From: an uncultured Veillonella sp.
GTDB taxonomy: Bacteria > Bacillota > Negativicutes > Veillonellales > Veillonellaceae
NCBI RefSeq assembly: GCF_900538355.1
Contig: NZ_UPXS01000003.1
Length of the DNA: 64,000 bases
Direction: 5' to 3' (one strand)
A program made the translations under genes and the position numbers. Shown here piece by piece: positions 59,302-64,000 of this stretch. Each line of letters begins with the position of its first letter. Position 1 is the first letter of the stretch. A model generated the notes under the pieces. That model worked only from the letters and a program-made list of their open reading frames with translations, was not told the origin of the DNA and made no database searches.

Positions 59302-60506
59302 TGTTTATGAAATACAACACAATCAAATCTCGTCTTGTAGCAACAATTTTAACAGGTATGGTGGTACTGGGAACACCACTATATATTGTTGCCGAAGATG
59401 AGGATTTAACGAATCAATTAGATTCAATTCAACAACAAGTTAATCAACAAAATTCTATTAAAGCGGATGCAGAAACTGTCATTGTAAGTGTATCTGAACA
59501 GTTGCGACAAATTGAAGAGCAATTGCGTCAGGCCCAACAACAGTTAGAATCTATTCAACAGCAACGTGTAGCCGTTGAAAATGATATTACTGTTAATGAA
59601 AAGTTACTAGCTGAAGCACAAAAGCGCTTAGAAGGGCGAGAGGCTGTATTTTATAAGCGTGTACGAGATATTTATATCAATGGTCGTCTAAGCTATTTAG
59701 ATGTTGTTATTGGATCTAAAGACTTTAGCGATTTTGCAAATCGATTAGAGATCTTAAAACGCATTATCGATTCCGATATTAAGTTAATCGATGAAATTAA
59801 AAAAGAACGTGCTGAAATTGCGGCACGTAAACAAGCTCTTGAACAATCACGAGCTAAGTTAGTAGAGCTTGAAAAAGCTGCTGTAGCAAAACAAGCTGAA
59901 ATTGAACAAAAGAAAAAAGAACGTGAAGTAGTTCTTCAGAAGGCACAAAATGACCGTGCTACGGCGATGCAAGCAGTGGAAGAACTTAATGCTTCTTCCG
60001 CTCAAATTACAGCATTATTGAAAGCTCGCCAAGCTGAACGTGCGGCAGCTCGTGCAGCTGCAGAAGCAGCAGCGGCAGCTGCGGCTCAACAGTCTGCACC
60101 AAGCTACTCTTGGGTTCAAGGATCTGGTCAACTTGGTTGGCCTGTAAGTGGTGAAATTACTTCTCCTTATGGCTATCGTACACATCCAATTTGGGGTACA
60201 ACTATCTACCATTCCGGTATTGATATTGGTGTTGATGAAGGTACACCAGTTCATGCTGCTGATGGAGGTACTGTTGTTTGGTCTGGTTGGATGGGTGGCT
60301 ATGGTTACGCTGTAGTTATCGACCATGGTAATGGTATGTCCACCCTTTATGGCCATAATTCTGAGCTTGCTGTCTCTGAAGGACAAGATGTATCTAAAGG
60401 TCAAGTTATTGCCTATGCTGGTAGCACTGGTAATAGTACTGGGCCACACGTACATTTTGAAGTTCGTATAAGTGGGGATCCTGTTGATCCTATGGGATAT
60501 TTATAA
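59301..60506 (+). CDS. M23-family peptidase with N-terminal coiled coil (EnvC-like murein hydrolase activator)
   Basis: Long Q/E-rich coiled coil. C-terminal LytM motifs HSGIDIGV...GHNS...HVHFEV. Confidence 0.8.
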   Translation: MFMKYNTIKSRLVATILTGMVVLGTPLYIVAEDEDLTNQLDSIQQQVNQQNSIKADAETVIVSVSEQLRQIEEQLRQAQQQLESIQQQRVAVENDITVNEKLLAEAQKRLEGREAVFYKRVRDIYINGRLSYLDVVIGSKDFSDFANRLEILKRIIDSDIKLIDEIKKERAEIAARKQALEQSRAKLVELEKAAVAKQAEIEQKKKEREVVLQKAQNDRATAMQAVEELNASSAQITALLKARQAERAAARAAAEAAAAAAAQQSAPSYSWVQGSGQLGWPVSGEITSPYGYRTHPIWGTTIYHSGIDIGVDEGTPVHAADGGTVVWSGWMGGYGYAVVIDHGNGMSTLYGHNSELAVSEGQDVSKGQVIAYAGSTGNSTGPHVHFEVRISGDPVDPMGYL

Positions 60507-60507
60507 T

Positions 60508-61647
60508 ATGAAATTTGATACACGTACGGTGTTATGGAGTCTATTGAAATATATAGGCTCCGGTATCGTTATTATGTGGCTTACGTTTTGGTACTTATCT
60601 GGTTCATTCTGGGGATTACCAAGACTATTTGTAGCCTACTATGCTGCGAGTCAAGTCTTTATGACACCGATGTCTAAAGCGACCCTTTATGATGGTATGC
60701 TTAAAGGCTTAATTGGCTCTTTGGGAGAGCCCCATAGTATTTATTTAGATGCTGACGAATTTAAGTCCATGAAAATGCAAACATCTGGCACTTATGCAGG
60801 TGTAGGCATGGTTCTTGGTCATGATGATAAAGGTTTATATGCAGTTAGTATTATGGAAGATCAACCAGCTTTCAAAGCGGGCATAAGACCTGGTGATCAT
60901 ATTATTGCTATCGATGGTCAATCCACAAGTGATATTACTGTAGAAGATGCATCCTCTCGAATTCGCGGCGAGGCTGGTACCGTTGTCGCCCTTGATATAG
61001 AGCGTAATGGTGAAAAATTACACTTTGATATTACCCGTGAATCCATTGTGTTACCTACTGTTAAAAGCAAAATGCTCACAAGTACAGTTGGATATATTCG
61101 GATTAGTCAATTTGCAGAAAATACAGCTGATGATTTCGAAACACAATTTAAAGAATTACAATCTCAAGGTATGAAGGAACTAATTTTAGACCTTCGAGAT
61201 AATCCTGGTGGGTTATTATCTACTACAGAAAAGATTTCTAACTATATTATGCCTCCAGGAACATTAGTAACCGTACAAAATAGAGCTGGGAAAAAAGAGG
61301 TTTATAAGTCTAATGGTCCAGACGTAGCTATGCCTTTAGTAGTTCTTGTTAACAAAGGGTCTGCTAGTGCATCTGAAATTATAGCTGGTGCTATTCAAGA
61401 CCGTAAACTAGGTACTATTTTAGGTACTAATACATATGGTAAGGGTACAGTTCAAACTATTTACCCTAGCCTCGATAATGAAGGTGTTAAGGTAACTATT
61501 GCCAAATACCATACACCAAATGACCGTGTTATTGACGGCATTGGTATTAAACCTGATGTAGAACTGGATTTACCAAAAGGTGTAAATCCATCTAGTACAT
61601 TAGATGATATTCAAATTAAAAAAGCATTAGAGTTATTACAGCAATAA
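60508..61647 (+). CDS. ctpA: C-terminal processing peptidase (S41, CtpA-like)
   Basis: PDZ domain plus S41 catalytic region (GGLLS...VLVNKGSASASEI with Ser/Lys dyad). Start ATG 60508 immediately after the upstream stop; the alternative is 60472. Confidence 0.8.
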   Translation: MKFDTRTVLWSLLKYIGSGIVIMWLTFWYLSGSFWGLPRLFVAYYAASQVFMTPMSKATLYDGMLKGLIGSLGEPHSIYLDADEFKSMKMQTSGTYAGVGMVLGHDDKGLYAVSIMEDQPAFKAGIRPGDHIIAIDGQSTSDITVEDASSRIRGEAGTVVALDIERNGEKLHFDITRESIVLPTVKSKMLTSTVGYIRISQFAENTADDFETQFKELQSQGMKELILDLRDNPGGLLSTTEKISNYIMPPGTLVTVQNRAGKKEVYKSNGPDVAMPLVVLVNKGSASASEIIAGAIQDRKLGTILGTNTYGKGTVQTIYPSLDNEGVKVTIAKYHTPNDRVIDGIGIKPDVELDLPKGVNPSSTLDDIQIKKALELLQQ

Positions 61648-61664
61648 TGCATAGGAGTTAAAGT

Positions 61665-62936
61665 ATGTTTATAGATAGAGCGCGTGTCTTTGTTAAGGCC
61701 GGTGACGGTGGGGACGGCATGTCTAGCTTCCGCCGTGAGAAATACGTGCCAAATGGCGGCCCTAGTGGCGGCGATGGTGGTAAAGGGGCAGACGTTATAT
61801 TTAAAGCGGACAAGAATATTAATACTCTTGTAGACTTTAGATATAAACGTCAGTTTAAGGCACCTGCTGGTGGTAATGGTGAAAGCTCCAATAAGCATGG
61901 TCGCGGTTCTGAGCCACTTATTATTCCGGTTCCGTTGGGCACTGTAATTAAAGAAGAAGAAACAGGTAAAATTTTCTGTGACCTCGTTAACGACGGTGAT
62001 ACGTTTGTTATTGCTAAAGGTGGTCGTGGTGGCCGTGGTAATGCACGCTTCCAAACAAGTGCTAACCGTGCACCTACATTTGCAGAAAAGGGTGAACCTG
62101 GTGAAGAGTTCTGGTTACAACTAGAGCTTAAAGTATTGGCAGATGTTGGTCTATTAGGCTATCCATCTGTTGGTAAGTCTAGTATTTTACGTAAGGTTTC
62201 TAAAGCGCAACCAGAGGTAGCTGCTTACCACTTTACTACATTGACACCTGTACTTGGGGTAGTAACCATCTCTGGAGACCGTAGTTTTGTATTAGCCGAT
62301 ATTCCTGGTCTTATTGAAGGGGCTAGCGAAGGTGTTGGCCTAGGGCATAACTTCTTGCGTCACGTAGAACGGACTAACATTTTAATTCACGTCCTTGATG
62401 TATCTGGTATGGAAGGTCGCGATCCAAAGGTTGATTTTGATGCTATTAATGAAGAACTTCGTAAATATTCTGAAAAATTAGCCAATAAAAAACAAATTGT
62501 TGCACTTAATAAGATTGATATGGTCTTTGATGATACAACAATTCCTGATACAAAAAAATATTTTGAAGATAAAGGATATGAAGTATTCCTTATCAATGCA
62601 TTAAGCGGTGAAGGCTTACCAGAGCTCATGGAACGAGCTTACTACTATGTAGAAAACTACGAGCCAGAACCAGAAGCAACTGATGATACAGTTGTATACG
62701 AAGCAAAACCAGATGTGGAATTCGTTATTACTCGTGGTGATGATGCTGCATTCTATATTACCGGTAAACGTATTGAACGCTTAGTGGCAATGACAAATTT
62801 AAGTGATGACCAATCTCTTCGTAGATTCCAACGCATCTGGCGTTTTATGGAGCTCGATGCTAAATTGAAAGAAAAAGGTTGTAAAGACGGTGATGAAGTT
62901 GTGATTGGCGATCAACGCTTTACATTCCAAGAGTAG
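61665..62936 (+). CDS. obg: GTPase Obg/CgtA
   Basis: N-terminal glycine-rich Obg fold (GGDGGKGADV). G-domain GYPSVGKSS and DIPGLIEGA. C-terminal OCT domain. Confidence 0.93.
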   Translation: MFIDRARVFVKAGDGGDGMSSFRREKYVPNGGPSGGDGGKGADVIFKADKNINTLVDFRYKRQFKAPAGGNGESSNKHGRGSEPLIIPVPLGTVIKEEETGKIFCDLVNDGDTFVIAKGGRGGRGNARFQTSANRAPTFAEKGEPGEEFWLQLELKVLADVGLLGYPSVGKSSILRKVSKAQPEVAAYHFTTLTPVLGVVTISGDRSFVLADIPGLIEGASEGVGLGHNFLRHVERTNILIHVLDVSGMEGRDPKVDFDAINEELRKYSEKLANKKQIVALNKIDMVFDDTTIPDTKKYFEDKGYEVFLINALSGEGLPELMERAYYYVENYEPEPEATDDTVVYEAKPDVEFVITRGDDAAFYITGKRIERLVAMTNLSDDQSLRRFQRIWRFMELDAKLKEKGCKDGDEVVIGDQRFTFQE

Positions 62937-62944
62937 GAGTAATA

Positions 62945-63229
62945 ATGACAGGAAAACAAAAACGGTATTTACGTTCTTTGGCAGCAACAATGCCACCAGT
63001 AGTTCAAATTGGTAAAAATGGTTTAGAAAATAGTGTTATTGATAGTGCTCGCGCAGCATTAATGGCTCGTGAATTAATCAAGGTAAAATTACTCAACAAT
63101 AGCCCTGAAGATAAGACGATTTTCCAAGAGTTAGCTGATATGCTTGGTGCTGAATTAGTCCAAGTTATCGGCTTTAACGGTGTATTATATAAAGCTAAAA
63201 AAGAACCAAAAATTATTCTACCTAAATAA
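62945..63229 (+). CDS. yhbY: YhbY/CRS1 RNA-binding protein
   Basis: 94 aa. KQKRYLRSLA...VVQIGKNG is the CRM domain. Confidence 0.8.
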   Translation: MTGKQKRYLRSLAATMPPVVQIGKNGLENSVIDSARAALMARELIKVKLLNNSPEDKTIFQELADMLGAELVQVIGFNGVLYKAKKEPKIILPK

Positions 63230-63296
63230 ATCGTCATATTACTAACATGTATTATATGGGGGTCTACATAACCTGTTAGCCCTAGGAGGTTATTCT

Positions 63297-64000
63297 ATGC
63301 GCAGTGCTATCATCAACGCAAAAAGAATAGTAGTTAAAGTAGGCAGTAGTACGCTTTGTTATGCTAATGGTCATTTAAACCTAGAACGCATTGAACGATT
63401 AGTACGCCAACTATCAGATTTAGCTAACCAAGGTAAAGAGGTTATCCTCGTTTCTTCTGGTGCAACAGGTGCTGGACTGGCCCCTTTAGGATTTAAGGAA
63501 AAACCTAGAGACCTTGTATTAAAACAAGCTGCTGCAGCAGTAGGACAAGGCATCCTTATTCATATGTATGAGCGTATGTTTCGTGAATATGGTCGTACAG
63601 TAGGTCAAATTCTTTTAACAAAAGAAGATAGTACTGGTCGCCATAGTTATCTTAATTTGCGTAATACATTACATACGTTATTGCAACTCAATGTTATTCC
63701 TATCATTAATGAAAATGACGTGGTTGCCATTGAAGAATTTAAAATCGGAGATAATGATACTTTATCTGCTACCGTAGCAGGTATTGTAGATGCTGATTTG
63801 CTCATTATTTTGTCTGATATTGAAGGCTTATATACAGCTAATCCAGCTACTCATCCAGATGCTACATTAATAGAAACAGTTTCTGAAATTACTGATGAAA
63901 CCTATGCTATTGCAGGTGGAGCAGGATCTAACATGGGTACTGGTGGTATGTATACTAAAATTAAAGCGGCTCATATGGCTACAAACTCAGGCGTACCGAT
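63297..64000 (+). CDS. proB: glutamate 5-kinase, 5' portion (runs off the window end)
   Basis: [10 protein letters not shown] and VSSGA motifs of the amino-acid kinase family. GGAGG RBS upstream. Confidence 0.88.
   Translation, partial: MRSAIINAKRIVVKVGSSTLCYANGHLNLERIERLVRQLSDLANQGKEVILVSSGATGAGLAPLGFKEKPRDLVLKQAAAAVGQGILIHMYERMFREYGRTVGQILLTKEDSTGRHSYLNLRNTLHTLLQLNVIPIINENDVVAIEEFKIGDNDTLSATVAGIVDADLLIILSDIEGLYTANPATHPDATLIETVSEITDETYAIAGGAGSNMGTGGMYTKIKAAHMATNSGVP

Noticed and set aside
1-64000. CRISPR arrays, IS elements/transposases, integrases, prophage, rRNA/tRNA genes
   Set aside because: No direct-repeat/spacer architecture, no transposase or integrase-like ORFs, and no tRNA-like or rRNA-like conserved sequences were found in this window.

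Overview
This is a 64-kb window of mostly core housekeeping genes from a low-GC Firmicute that also makes LPS inner-core heptose; I infer a diderm Negativicute such as Veillonellaceae. Genes run almost entirely on the + strand, interrupted by two short minus-strand islands (pnkp-like gene with rpsT; HD-GYP). Main blocks: a partial M18 peptidase gene, pyc, nrdR, a dipeptidase gene and a heptose cluster (gmhA-hldE-hldD-gmhB plus two GT9 heptosyltransferase genes); an exonuclease gene, an M18 aminopeptidase gene and a four-gene ABC transporter cluster with tandem paralogous binding proteins; rpsO-pnp-dut-NUDIX-deoB; a minus-strand, monocistronic three-domain polynucleotide kinase / phosphatase / RNA-ligase (Pnkp-like) gene with no hen1 partner; rpsT; polA-coaE; an SLT gene plus unknown; rimP-nusA-ylxR-L7Ae-infB-rbfA-nrnA-truB-ribF followed by an aroQ/aroK fusion, recD2 and comFC; a minus-strand HD-GYP gene; a stand-alone GC-rich structured ncRNA of about 233 nt with its own promoter and terminator; an amino-acid ABC transporter gene cluster; csp; hpf; secA; prfB with a +1 programmed frameshift at CUU UAA C; a csaB pyruvyltransferase cluster; split transketolase genes; ftsE-ftsX-M23-ctpA; obg-yhbY-proB. 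No CRISPR arrays, transposases or rRNA/tRNA genes were seen. The most interesting items are the orphan Pnkp-like RNA-repair enzyme, the unclassified ncRNA and the non-canonical UAA prfB shift site.
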